64,000 nucleotides of DNA, from contig PUNK01000057.1 of assembly GCA_003552585.1 (NCBI GenBank), positions 720 to 64,719 on the forward strand, given 5' to 3'. Position numbers and translations under genes: made by a program. The notes beneath the pieces were generated by a model. That model did no database searches, was not told the origin of the DNA, and saw nothing but the letters and a program-made list of their open reading frames with translations. Origin of the DNA: Thermoplasmata archaeon (GTDB taxonomy: Archaea; Thermoplasmatota; Thermoplasmata; Halarchaeoplasmatales; Halarchaeoplasmataceae). How positions within the stretch are numbered: position 1 is the first letter of the stretch; each line of letters starts with the position of its first letter. This document shows positions 41,885 through 51,277 of the stretch, one piece after another.

Positions 41885-42676
41885 ATGGTCAAGGGAATCA
41901 AAAGAAGGTTAGAAGCTTTAGGCATCAAACCTTCTAAAAGGCTTGGTCAGAATTTTTTATCAAATATTGATATAGCGAAGCGTCAGGTACAGTCTGCAAA
42001 CATCACGTCCGATGATACAGTATTGGAGATAGGTCCTGGGCTAGGTATTTTAACTGAAGAGATCGTTCAAAGAGCCGGGAAGGTATTCCTGATAGAGAAA
42101 GAAAAGGTTTTTGCAGATTACCTGCAAGAAATCTTTGCAAGAAATAACTTAGAGGTAATCATAGGAGACGCACTCGAAGTAGAATTTCCAGAATTTGATA
42201 AGGTGGTTTCAAACATCCCTTTCAAGATATCTTCACCATTAACCTTCAAATTACTCGATTACGATTTTAAGATCGGTGTGTTGATGTACCAGAAGGAGTT
42301 TGCACAACGATTGTTCTCCAAGCCTTCAGGAAGTGATTACAGTCGCCTTTCGGTCATGGCTTCAACGAAGGCCGAAATCAGTGAACTTTTTCAAGTTTCG
42401 AGGAGAAATTTTTATCCTACCCCTCGAGTGGATGCTTCAGTAGTAAAAATTGTACCCCGCCCACCTGATTTTGATATAACGAATCTAGAAGCTTTTGAAG
42501 ATGTTGTAAAAGAATTGTTTAATTATCGCCGTAAAAAGATCCGCAATTCTCTCAAGTATGCATATGGGATTGAAGATAGTGAAGATATACCTTTCACAGA
42601 TGAACGTGTTGAAATGTTAACACCAAAAGAAATAAACATGATAGTCGACAAACTGGTGGAGAACGGATTATTTTGA
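41885..42676 (+). CDS. rsmA: 16S rRNA (adenine1518/1519-N6)-dimethyltransferase
   Basis: LGQNFL motif and SAM-binding motifs. Confidence 0.9.
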   Translation: MVKGIKRRLEALGIKPSKRLGQNFLSNIDIAKRQVQSANITSDDTVLEIGPGLGILTEEIVQRAGKVFLIEKEKVFADYLQEIFARNNLEVIIGDALEVEFPEFDKVVSNIPFKISSPLTFKLLDYDFKIGVLMYQKEFAQRLFSKPSGSDYSRLSVMASTKAEISELFQVSRRNFYPTPRVDASVVKIVPRPPDFDITNLEAFEDVVKELFNYRRKKIRNSLKYAYGIEDSEDIPFTDERVEMLTPKEINMIVDKLVENGLF

Positions 42677-42681
42677 TCTAC

Positions 42682-43674
42682 TCATTCAAATGCTGTTCCA
42701 CATCCGGGACAGAAACTAACCTCATCTTCTAGTTCTCTACCACATTCAGGACATTCGTAAACGGTCATACCTAGTTCAGTACCACATTTAGAGCAGAAAC
42801 GATCTCCGGAGTCAACCTCAGCATCACATTCGGGACATTTTCCAATCTCTGGTGCTTTTGCTCCACACATATTGCAGAAACGATCGTCCTCTCCCAACTC
42901 ATTGCCACATTCAGGGCATTCAATTATTGTGGTTTTTTGTTGAAGGTCTTCCTCCATATCTTTAACCATACTAACCGGTGAAAATTCTTCTTCCTCACTC
43001 ACTCTTTTTTTACGTCCGATCTTTTGTCCTGCAAGTAGACCCGCCTCTTCCTCGTCGATCTCTCGTTTTGTTTTGACAGCATACCTTAATGCTTCAGTAT
43101 AATCCCCTTCGGAATAGTGTTTTTCAGCCAAGCTCAATAGTCTTTTAGCCTCTTTATGTCCTCTCTCTTTGCAAAGGTCCCGGGCTACTTCAATCTCAAA
43201 TTTTGCTTCAAGATAATTTTCTGGTAGTTTTTCTATTCGTTCCTTCTGCTCTTTAAATTTCTTTACCTGTTCCTGCTCTTTAACGGGAGGTGTGGGAGGT
43301 AATTTTAGATCGCTATCTGTAGTTTTAGGAGAGGGTGCTTTCTTAGTTAGAACCTTTTTTATCGCTGTTTTCGCATCTTCAGCCAACTCTTCTGCTCGTA
43401 GATGGTTGCCAGCATCTAGGGCCAATTCTGCTCGCTCTATGATCATCTCAGCCCTATCCGTTTGATGTCCTTTCTCCCCCATAACCCTGATTATGCTTTT
43501 TGCACTCATCACAGTATTATATGCTTCGGTTTCTTTATCAAGTTCTGAATCCTTTTGTACTTTTTTGATGCGGTCAGGTTTGGATCTCTCTAGGTAAATC
43601 CAAATGATCCATATCACACCTGCGGCAACTGCCAAAACCGCAATCATCAATATAAGAAAGGTTGTTGTGTCCAT
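42682..43674 (-). CDS. N-terminally anchored membrane protein with C-terminal triple zinc-ribbon array
   Basis: TM helix, coiled segment, then CPECG..CNMCG, CPECD..CSKCG, CPECG..CPGCG. Confidence 0.4.
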   Translation of the reverse strand: MDTTTFLILMIAVLAVAAGVIWIIWIYLERSKPDRIKKVQKDSELDKETEAYNTVMSAKSIIRVMGEKGHQTDRAEMIIERAELALDAGNHLRAEELAEDAKTAIKKVLTKKAPSPKTTDSDLKLPPTPPVKEQEQVKKFKEQKERIEKLPENYLEAKFEIEVARDLCKERGHKEAKRLLSLAEKHYSEGDYTEALRYAVKTKREIDEEEAGLLAGQKIGRKKRVSEEEEFSPVSMVKDMEEDLQQKTTIIECPECGNELGEDDRFCNMCGAKAPEIGKCPECDAEVDSGDRFCSKCGTELGMTVYECPECGRELEDEVSFCPGCGTAFE

Positions 43675-43732
43675 TGTAGGTATATATAGAAGTCGAGGGA
43701 ATTTAACATTTTCCCCGATTTATGATATATGA

Positions 43733-45298
43733 TCAGACCAACTTAATATACCAAACTGCTAGAGTTTTATCTCCAGTAGTGCTTATATTGTATATAGATG
43801 TGTTTGGTTTCTCACAACTCATCAACAAAGAATTGTACTCTGTGAAAATGTTTATATGTATATCTGCCACATATCTGGCATCCTCAGTGAAAGTGAATCC
43901 AGGTCTCATCATAAGTACTGTCAAACCACTATTCTCTTTCATTATGTCCAATAATTCCTTTGCCAGGGTTGTTCCACGGTCCTCGCTTAACCCTGATTTA
44001 TCTATTAGATGCTCTAACCTTATCCAATCACACACAGTCAACACTGGTGAATCGGTTCTGAATTTGAGTTCTCGGTAGGTTTCTTTAAAGTTATGGACTA
44101 AATCTTCACCTTCACTGGACCGTTTTTCGGGCTCAAAAACTTTAAGACTCTTTCTTACCGACTCGTCTACGATATCTTGTGTTCCTTTTTCAAAGGAGAT
44201 CCTGTCCTTAGATGATGGGATAAAGAGAACTCCTCTTCCTTGTCTTAGGAAATTTGCCATAAGTGGTCCAAACATTATCTTTCTACCTGAAAAAGGCACT
44301 TTGGAGGTAAATTCCATCACGACCAGCCCGTTGTGGGGATAGCCACCATCTAGAATATCATCCAGCATTATGTTTCCTGAAGAAAATTTCATCTTTTTCC
44401 ATGACTCAGTTTTTGGTCCATCTTTTATGATATTTCGAGTCCCATTTACCAGTGATAGATTGGCATCGAAGGGTGGAAGATAATTAAACCTCCCCTCTTC
44501 TAGTGTATATAGATAAACTGGTCTTCCTATAGGTATTCCTCTTAACTTGTTTAATATAAGTTTCCTTATCCTGCGTCCTTCGGTTTCTTGCATCCTTAAA
44601 GTTACGACTCCATCCACTAGATAGTCCCATTTAGTGGATTCTTCCTTTTCAAGAACCAATATTAGTTTAGTACCAGAGATCTCAACCAGATCTTTTTGAA
44701 GAGCCTTTATGAGAGAAGATGTATCAACACCATACCTCTCAACAAGGGATTCAAGACTATCGATGATAATCAAGGAAGGTTCAGGTAACCTCGAATCAAC
44801 ACGACTATAAACCTCCTCTAGCTCAATTATATCCGTACCTTTCATGATCGAAGTAAGATGGGTACGGGACACATTTTCTGGTAGAATGATCTCTTCAAGA
44901 GATCCTTTTTGTTTGAATTTATCCAGGATTCTTCTAGCCTTGTCAACCTTTTCGATCTTATCCTCCCTCTCTTTAACTTTCTCTTGTTTCAAATGAGGTA
45001 AAAGTTCATCTGGACTGTAAATGGATTTTAAAAAGTCCATGCTCGCATCTATGAGGTTTTCTCTAAAATCTCTATCTTTTAGCCACGAAAATTGGCTGTA
45101 AAGTGATTGGTTAGAAACCCTTGTAGAGAAATAAAAGGAATTTTCTATTTTAGCTATTTCCTCCAGGATAGTTAGACTAAGGATAGTCTTTCCGGTACCA
45201 GCAAGACCCTTAATTATGAGTGAACGTCCTGCTTTACCTTTGAAAAATTCGTAAAGCTCCTTCGGTAGTGGTTTTATCTCCATATTACCTCCTCCCAA
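43733..45298 (-). CDS. KaiC-like tandem RecA-superfamily ATPase
   Basis: GLAGTGKTILSL Walker A in domain 1 and a second RecA-like domain; 521 aa. Confidence 0.55.
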   Translation of the reverse strand: MGGGNMEIKPLPKELYEFFKGKAGRSLIIKGLAGTGKTILSLTILEEIAKIENSFYFSTRVSNQSLYSQFSWLKDRDFRENLIDASMDFLKSIYSPDELLPHLKQEKVKEREDKIEKVDKARRILDKFKQKGSLEEIILPENVSRTHLTSIMKGTDIIELEEVYSRVDSRLPEPSLIIIDSLESLVERYGVDTSSLIKALQKDLVEISGTKLILVLEKEESTKWDYLVDGVVTLRMQETEGRRIRKLILNKLRGIPIGRPVYLYTLEEGRFNYLPPFDANLSLVNGTRNIIKDGPKTESWKKMKFSSGNIMLDDILDGGYPHNGLVVMEFTSKVPFSGRKIMFGPLMANFLRQGRGVLFIPSSKDRISFEKGTQDIVDESVRKSLKVFEPEKRSSEGEDLVHNFKETYRELKFRTDSPVLTVCDWIRLEHLIDKSGLSEDRGTTLAKELLDIMKENSGLTVLMMRPGFTFTEDARYVADIHINIFTEYNSLLMSCEKPNTSIYNISTTGDKTLAVWYIKLV

Positions 45299-45654
45299 TT
45301 ATTTAAAATAAATTCTACCTCTTCATCCATGGCATCAAGAACCGAAGAAAAGTTTTCTCTCGTACCTGTCCTGATAATCAGCACATGCTCATCATCGACC
45401 TTCTTTAAAATTGTGTCGCCATCGATTGCCCTCATAACGATCCTTTCAGGCTTATTTTTACGAAGATGCTCGTTTGCTGTGTTCGCAGCCCCAAATATAG
45501 TAGCAGTCATCAAACCAAATGTTTCCAAACTCATATCATCTTCCTTACCCGATGCAGCTACGATGTTTCCATTCTTTTTTAGAAGGATGCATAGCTCTAT
45601 CTCACTCATGCCCCCCAATTTTTTCAACGAATCTAGTACCACCGCTATGGACAT
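45274..45654 (-). CDS. Roadblock/LC7 (MglB-like) domain protein
   Basis: alpha-beta-beta-alpha-beta pattern LKKLGGMSEIELCILLKKNGNIVAASG...; 25-nt overlap with the downstream KaiC-like gene. Confidence 0.55.
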   Translation of the reverse strand: MSIAVVLDSLKKLGGMSEIELCILLKKNGNIVAASGKEDDMSLETFGLMTATIFGAANTANEHLRKNKPERIVMRAIDGDTILKKVDDEHVLIIRTGTRENFSSVLDAMDEEVEFILNNWEEVIWR

Positions 45655-45801
45655 CTCATTACCTCCATATAATACACCTTATTACTCACGACTAAAAATA
45701 ATTTTTCATTGGAAAAAGATTTTCATGTGAAAAAGATTTTAGGCAGGTACAGAGAGCGGACTTTGATAATGATTTTAAACCCCTCCCTCTATACACTTAC
45801 G

Positions 45802-47472
45802 ATGAAAAGTGATGTGACGATAGCTCAGGAAGTGGATTTAGAACCGATCATTGACGTGGCCGCTAAAATAGGATTATCTGATAATGATATAGAGCAGTGG
45901 GGAAGCCACAAAGCAAAACTGACCTTGGATGCAATCAGCAAATATTGTAAGGGTAGTGGTGGGAAACTTATCCTAGTTACAACTATGACGCCCACTTCGG
46001 GTGGTGAAGGTAAAACAACGATAACCATAGGGCTAACCCAAGCACTATGGAGAAAAGGCATAAAGGCGATGCTCGGTATACGAGAACCTTCCATAGGACC
46101 TACTATGGGGATCAAAGGAGGGGCAGCTGGAGGAGGGTATTCACAGGTACTCCCCATGGAAGACATAAATCTTCATTTTACTGGTGATCTCCATGCCATC
46201 GGAACCGCCCACAACTTACTTTCTGCGATGGTTAACAACCATCTTCATAGGGGTAACAGATTGGATATAGATCCCAGGAAGATTGTCTGGCCGAGGGTTG
46301 TAGACATGAATGACAGAGCTCTTAGGAACACAGTCGTAGGATTAGGTGGAAGGATACACGGGATGCCCATGGAGAACTCATTCGGAATAACTGCAAGTTC
46401 AGAAGTGATGGCGGTTCTTTGTTTAACAGAAGGATTAAGCGAGTTAAAGGAAAGGTTGTCCCGTATGATAGTCGGTTACACCTTTGAGGGAGATGCGATC
46501 AGAACGAATGATGTCGGCGGGGTAGGTGCGATGGCTGCTTTGATGAAACATGCCATCAAACCCAACCTTGTTCAAACACTTGAAGGAGGACCAGCCTTTA
46601 TACACGGTGGTCCTTTCGCGAATATTGCTCACGGGACCAGCAGCTTAATATCCACTAAAGTGGGGATGAATCTTGCAGATTATTTTATAACTGAAGCAGG
46701 ATTCGGTTCAGATCTGGGTGCTGAAAAGTTTTTCAACATAGTATGTAGAGAGGGAGATCTAAAACCTGATGCAGTCGTGATGGTAGCCACCGTTAGGGCA
46801 CTTAAGAGACAAGGCGGTGTTTCAAAAAAAGATCTAGATAAAGAAAATGTTGGTGCGATGAAAAAAGGTCTATCTAACCTGTCAAAACACCTTGAAAACA
46901 TTCAACTATTCGGACTCCCGGTTGTGGTTGCGATAAATCGTTTCCCATCTGACACGGATAAAGAAATAGAGTACTTATCCAAGCTGTGTGAGAAAATAGA
47001 CATACCTCATGCGGTAGTAGAGGTACATGAAAAAGGAGGCGAGGGAGGACTAGAACTAGCTGATGAGCTATTAAAGATATGCCGATCAGAATCATCTAAT
47101 TTTAGCCCATTATATTCACTCAGTGAAAATCCGAGAGATAAGATATACGATATTTCTACCAAGATCTACGGTGCTGAAGATGTGGTGTATACACAGCAGG
47201 CAGCTAGAGACCTAAGGAGGATCCAACGTCACGATCTTGAAGATTTACCTATATGCATGGTAAAAACACAGTATTCTCTCTCTGATGATAGAAAACTCAA
47301 AGGAAGGCCTTCCGGATTCGAAATCAAGATACACGAAATCGGAGTGAACGCTGGGGCAGGTTTTCTTATACCGATGGCTGGAGATATAACAACTATGCCC
47401 GGCCTCCCATCTAGACCTGCTGCGGTGGATATTGATATTGATGAAGACGGAAAAATATCGGGGTTGTTCTGA
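45802..47472 (+). CDS. fhs: formate--tetrahydrofolate ligase
   Basis: PTSGGEGKTTITIGL and full-length FTHFS similarity. Confidence 0.9.
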   Translation: MKSDVTIAQEVDLEPIIDVAAKIGLSDNDIEQWGSHKAKLTLDAISKYCKGSGGKLILVTTMTPTSGGEGKTTITIGLTQALWRKGIKAMLGIREPSIGPTMGIKGGAAGGGYSQVLPMEDINLHFTGDLHAIGTAHNLLSAMVNNHLHRGNRLDIDPRKIVWPRVVDMNDRALRNTVVGLGGRIHGMPMENSFGITASSEVMAVLCLTEGLSELKERLSRMIVGYTFEGDAIRTNDVGGVGAMAALMKHAIKPNLVQTLEGGPAFIHGGPFANIAHGTSSLISTKVGMNLADYFITEAGFGSDLGAEKFFNIVCREGDLKPDAVVMVATVRALKRQGGVSKKDLDKENVGAMKKGLSNLSKHLENIQLFGLPVVVAINRFPSDTDKEIEYLSKLCEKIDIPHAVVEVHEKGGEGGLELADELLKICRSESSNFSPLYSLSENPRDKIYDISTKIYGAEDVVYTQQAARDLRRIQRHDLEDLPICMVKTQYSLSDDRKLKGRPSGFEIKIHEIGVNAGAGFLIPMAGDITTMPGLPSRPAAVDIDIDEDGKISGLF

Positions 47473-48134
47473 TGAACGTGGAACTATTAAGGTATACTCC
47501 AGAACCGGACAAGATCGCAGCTTTTTCTGCCTTAACTTGTTATCGTGAATCATTACCGTTAGAGGATGAACTTTCCGAAGAGATGATCGAAGAGATACTA
47601 GATAAGATAAAGGAAAGCGGTCACCACAGTGTTATAGAGCATGCATCCTTCACATTCGCAGTGGAAGGTGTATCTCGATCTTTGACACACCAATTAGTTA
47701 GACATCGTTTAGCTTCTTACAGTCAGCAGAGCCAGAGGTACGTAGATATAGAAAGCTTTGACCCTATAATACCCGATTCCATAAATACGGATGAAGAAGC
47801 GAGGAAAATTTACGATGAATTTGTGGGAGAAGTAAAAAAAGTGTACAGCAAGCTTAAAGACCATGTGCCTCTGGAAGATGCTAGATACGTTTTGCCAAAT
47901 GCAACTAAGAGCAACATAATAATAACCATGAATGCCCGTGAGCTCTGGCACTTCTTTTCTCTCAGATGCTGTAAAAGAGCGCAATGGGAGATACGTGATC
48001 TAGCACACAGGATGCTCGATCTTTGTAAAGAAGTCGCTCCACTTATCTTTGAAAATGCTGGCGCACCCTGTCTGAGGGGACCTTGCCCTGAAGCACCAGA
48101 ATTTTTCTGTGGTGACCCCTACGAAAAGGACTAG
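47472..48134 (+). CDS. thyX: flavin-dependent thymidylate synthase
   Basis: RHRxxSxxxxSxRY ThyX signature (VRHRLASYSQQSQRY); TGATG stop/start overlap with fhs. Confidence 0.85.
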   Translation: MNVELLRYTPEPDKIAAFSALTCYRESLPLEDELSEEMIEEILDKIKESGHHSVIEHASFTFAVEGVSRSLTHQLVRHRLASYSQQSQRYVDIESFDPIIPDSINTDEEARKIYDEFVGEVKKVYSKLKDHVPLEDARYVLPNATKSNIIITMNARELWHFFSLRCCKRAQWEIRDLAHRMLDLCKEVAPLIFENAGAPCLRGPCPEAPEFFCGDPYEKD

Positions 48135-48219
48135 ATACTCTAGATAATTCTGTATTATTACTCGGTGTATATTGTATTAGGCGAAAGAATGTTATACCAA
48201 AAGAGTTTTAATAAATGTT

Positions 48220-48396
48220 ATGAGACGGGAATTGATGGAGATACTGCGTTGTCCAGAGTGCAAAGGAGAACTCGAATTAACTGTGGAAGAGGAGATGGAG
48301 GAAATAGAGAAGGGAGAGTTGTATTGTGATAAATGTGGTATAGTTTATCCCATAGAAGAAGGGATTCCTAACATGCTTAAGGAGTCTCAAAGGTAA
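48220..48396 (+). CDS. Trm112-like small zinc-ribbon protein (methyltransferase activator family), 58 aa
   Basis: MRRELMEILRCPECKGELEL...LYCDKCGIVYPIEEGIPNML matches the Trm112/UPF0434 signature; absent from the ORF track. Confidence 0.6.
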   Translation: MRRELMEILRCPECKGELELTVEEEMEEIEKGELYCDKCGIVYPIEEGIPNMLKESQR

Positions 48397-48890
48397 TCTC
48401 TCTGTATTTCCACCACCTCTGTACTGTTCTTTGCTCTACTGTACCTTTCCAAAGGTTCTTTATTGATCTCTAGAAATTTTTCACCCCATCTAAAGTTGGT
48501 CATGAGTGCTCTTGCTTCTTCCTTCTCACCTAGTATGTATAAAGAAGCCGAAAGAGCCTCGGCGGTGGTTAGGCGTAAAGGCTTTCCAAAATTTACTGGA
48601 TTGGTCGCTAATATATAAGGTAAAGCTCTCCCGTTCTTAGAAGAAGGTATTTTAGGTAAAGGATCAGACCAGGTGCAATCTACCGCTCTGATACCGCCCT
48701 TTTCAACTATAGTTTTGTCTTCTGGAGAGAGAGCTTTTTCTGCAAAAGGGGTTAGACATACTCCGTCGGAAATCAATTCTCTCTTTTTCAACAACCTTTT
48801 GGCCTTTCCTTTCTCAACCAATTTATTAGCAGTGCATTTCTTAGGATCGCACTCCTTATACATGTATATGTAGAGCTCCATTCGATGCAT
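48387..48890 (-). CDS. tsr3: 16S rRNA aminocarboxypropyltransferase Tsr3 (DUF367)
   Basis: CDPKKCTANKL motif and TDD-domain-like remainder. Confidence 0.75.
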   Translation of the reverse strand: MHRMELYIYMYKECDPKKCTANKLVEKGKAKRLLKKRELISDGVCLTPFAEKALSPEDKTIVEKGGIRAVDCTWSDPLPKIPSSKNGRALPYILATNPVNFGKPLRLTTAEALSASLYILGEKEEARALMTNFRWGEKFLEINKEPLERYSRAKNSTEVVEIQRDYL

Positions 48891-48977
48891 GATAGAGCTG
48901 AAAGATTATAAATAACTTACCAGAGCTGTGTGTTTTTGAAGGAAAAATATAATTAATAAATTACCTATCTTGTAATA

Positions 48978-49036
48978 GCCCGATGATGAAGAATCCAAAT
49001 CTGATCTCATGATGAGTGATGGGCAGTCTGATGGGC
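48978..49036 (+). ncRNA. C/D-box sRNA (2'-O-methylation guide)
   Basis: terminal stem GCCC/GGGC; C box ATGATGA; 11-nt guide; D' CTGA; 4-nt spacer; C' ATGATGA; 12-nt guide; D box CTGA. Confidence 0.7.
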
Positions 49037-49055
49037 ATTAAAGGTTGTTGAAACC

Positions 49056-49661
49056 ATGGTAACCGGATTTGATGTATTACACAGCAACACACCGTTGCAG
49101 AAACACTGGTTAAAAAGAGTTATAGCCTACGTCATAGACCTTTTATTTTCCTCATTTGTGGTCTATGTTATCATGATGGCCTTGGGTTTGTTAATTCCTA
49201 ACATGATCATCTACTTCTTCCCGGTCGCAGGTATGGTACAGGTGTTCTACTCTGCGGTATTTGAATATTACAAAAGGCAAACACTGGGAAAGATTATACT
49301 AGACCTGCAGGTGGAGCCCCTAAAAGCCTCACTGGAACTCAATGATTGTCTACTAAGGAATATAAGCAAAGTGCATGGGGTTTTAGTCCTTTTAGACACC
49401 CTTGTCGGTTTAGCTACTGAAGGAGACCCTAGGCAGAGATACACTGATCGTATCGCTTACACTACGGTAAGAGGTGCTGTCGAACCTCATCATTTCGACC
49501 AGTTCTTGATGGGACACAGGTACGAAAAAAAAGAGGATACCAGAGATAAGACAAGTCAGTTGGAAAAACCTGAGAAGAGATCGTGCAGAGAATGCGGCGG
49601 AAATTTAGAAGAGATAGATTTTGGACAGTCTCGATGCACAGAATGCGGTAGGATACAGTAG
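49056..49661 (+). CDS. RDD-family membrane protein with C-terminal zinc ribbon
   Basis: WLKRVIAYVIDLLF RDD pattern; CRECGG...CTECG. Confidence 0.55.
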   Translation: MVTGFDVLHSNTPLQKHWLKRVIAYVIDLLFSSFVVYVIMMALGLLIPNMIIYFFPVAGMVQVFYSAVFEYYKRQTLGKIILDLQVEPLKASLELNDCLLRNISKVHGVLVLLDTLVGLATEGDPRQRYTDRIAYTTVRGAVEPHHFDQFLMGHRYEKKEDTRDKTSQLEKPEKRSCRECGGNLEEIDFGQSRCTECGRIQ

Positions 49662-49667
49662 GTTCTT

Positions 49668-50963
49668 ATGTACATTTCAATAGATGATACGGATTCTAAG
49701 GATGGTATGTGCACCACATATCTAGCGACCGAACTGATCAAGGAGTTCAATGATCTATATCTGGTGGATCACCCAAGACTCGTGCGTTTAAATCCAAACG
49801 TACCTTGGAAAACGCGTGGGAACGGAGCAATTGTCCTTCATCTTGGTCAGGGAGGCAGAAAAAAAAGGAAGATAGGATATATCGATGAAGAGATCTATCT
49901 TTATGAAGGCGATAGTACATTTTTAAACGAAGCTTTAGAGCGAGCTACAGCAATCGTAGAAAAGTGGGCATGTGACTCTGAAGGAACGAATCCTGGCATC
50001 GTGATATCAAACCAAAGACCAGGGATCGAACTGTACAAAAAAGCTGTAAAAGATGTTGTTGAACTTACAGAGGTAATGGATATTTTAGATGGGGGAGAAT
50101 ACTCTTATAAAGGATATAAAAACAAAAGAGGTTTGATAGGTGCTACTTCTGCTCTATCTTGGGAACCTGATGACCATACATATGAACTGTTAACTTACAG
50201 AGAGGATGCGAGGTGGGGCTCTGAAAGAGATCTTAACGATGAGGATGTAAAAAGATTCGACATCGAAACATTATACACTTTTGATAGTTATGACCATGAA
50301 GAAAACATCCAGGCGATCGCCCCAAATTCTCCCTGTCCCGTTCTTTACGGAGTTAGAGGAGAAGAACCGTCAGAACTAATGAAAGCTTTGTCCATGATAG
50401 GTGGTGAACGAGTTGAGAGATGGTTGTTGTTTCTTACCAATCAGGCAACGGATGATCATGTTCAAAAACAGGTGATCGGTCGATTGAGACCATGGACCTC
50501 GTGTGATATAATTGGTGAAATTTCTCGTTCTCCATGGACCATAGAAGGAGGACACGTGTTTTTTGATGTCGATTACAACGGAAATACGGTAACCGCAGCG
50601 GCCTACGAGCCGACCAAAGGATTCAGAGACGTGGTAAAAAAACTGACCGATGGTGATAAAGTTCGAGTGATAGGCGGGGTGCGAAAAGACCCGATTACTG
50701 TCAATATTGAAAAAATCGAAATACTCGAATTGGCAGAGAAGAAGATAAAAAAAAGTAACCCAAAGTGTCCTGATTGTGGAAAGAGGATGTCTTCGATGGG
50801 AAAGGACGCTGGATATCGCTGTAAGAGATGCAGGATCAAAGCGGATGAAGACGAAGCAGAAATAGTTACGGTTGATAGGGATCTAGAGCAAAAATATTAT
50901 GAGACCCCTGTTGTGGCAAGGAGGCATCTTTCTAAACCGTTAAAGAGGGTTGAAAAGTTGTGA
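49668..50963 (+). CDS. tiaS: tRNA(Ile2) 2-agmatinylcytidine synthetase
   Basis: MYISIDDTDSKDGMCTTY TiaS N-terminal signature; C-terminal Zn ribbon CPDCG...CKRC. Confidence 0.85.
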   Translation: MYISIDDTDSKDGMCTTYLATELIKEFNDLYLVDHPRLVRLNPNVPWKTRGNGAIVLHLGQGGRKKRKIGYIDEEIYLYEGDSTFLNEALERATAIVEKWACDSEGTNPGIVISNQRPGIELYKKAVKDVVELTEVMDILDGGEYSYKGYKNKRGLIGATSALSWEPDDHTYELLTYREDARWGSERDLNDEDVKRFDIETLYTFDSYDHEENIQAIAPNSPCPVLYGVRGEEPSELMKALSMIGGERVERWLLFLTNQATDDHVQKQVIGRLRPWTSCDIIGEISRSPWTIEGGHVFFDVDYNGNTVTAAAYEPTKGFRDVVKKLTDGDKVRVIGGVRKDPITVNIEKIEILELAEKKIKKSNPKCPDCGKRMSSMGKDAGYRCKRCRIKADEDEAEIVTVDRDLEQKYYETPVVARRHLSKPLKRVEKL

Positions 50964-51010
50964 TTTATGGGCAAAAATTAATCTATAATGTATTTCCTAT
51001 CTATAGCTAG

Positions 51011-51271
51011 GTGAAATATATGGAAGAAAAGGTAGGAAGTGTATTCAAGTATTTTAGAAAACCAAAAGTTGCGGCGGTAAAAATAGAATCAGGCGAAGTA
51101 AAGATAGGAGACAAATTACGTTTTAAAGGAGAACATACTGATTTTGTTCAAGAGGTAAAATCTATGCAGATAGATATGGAGGAAGTCGATGAGGTCGCAG
51201 CTGGAGATGATGTTGGGATCAAGGTCGATCAAAGGGTGAGACCGAACGACGAAGTCTTTTTGGCAGAATAA
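51011..51271 (+). CDS. small beta-barrel protein resembling EF-Tu domain 2
   Basis: GEVKIGDKL...AAGDDVGIKV...NDEVFL pattern. Confidence 0.3.
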   Translation: MKYMEEKVGSVFKYFRKPKVAAVKIESGEVKIGDKLRFKGEHTDFVQEVKSMQIDMEEVDEVAAGDDVGIKVDQRVRPNDEVFLAE

Positions 51272-51277
51272 CTATCC

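Noticed and set aside
43722-44078. 118-aa plus-strand ORF overlapping the KaiC-like gene
   Set aside because: Antisense to the KaiC-like ATPase, no motifs.
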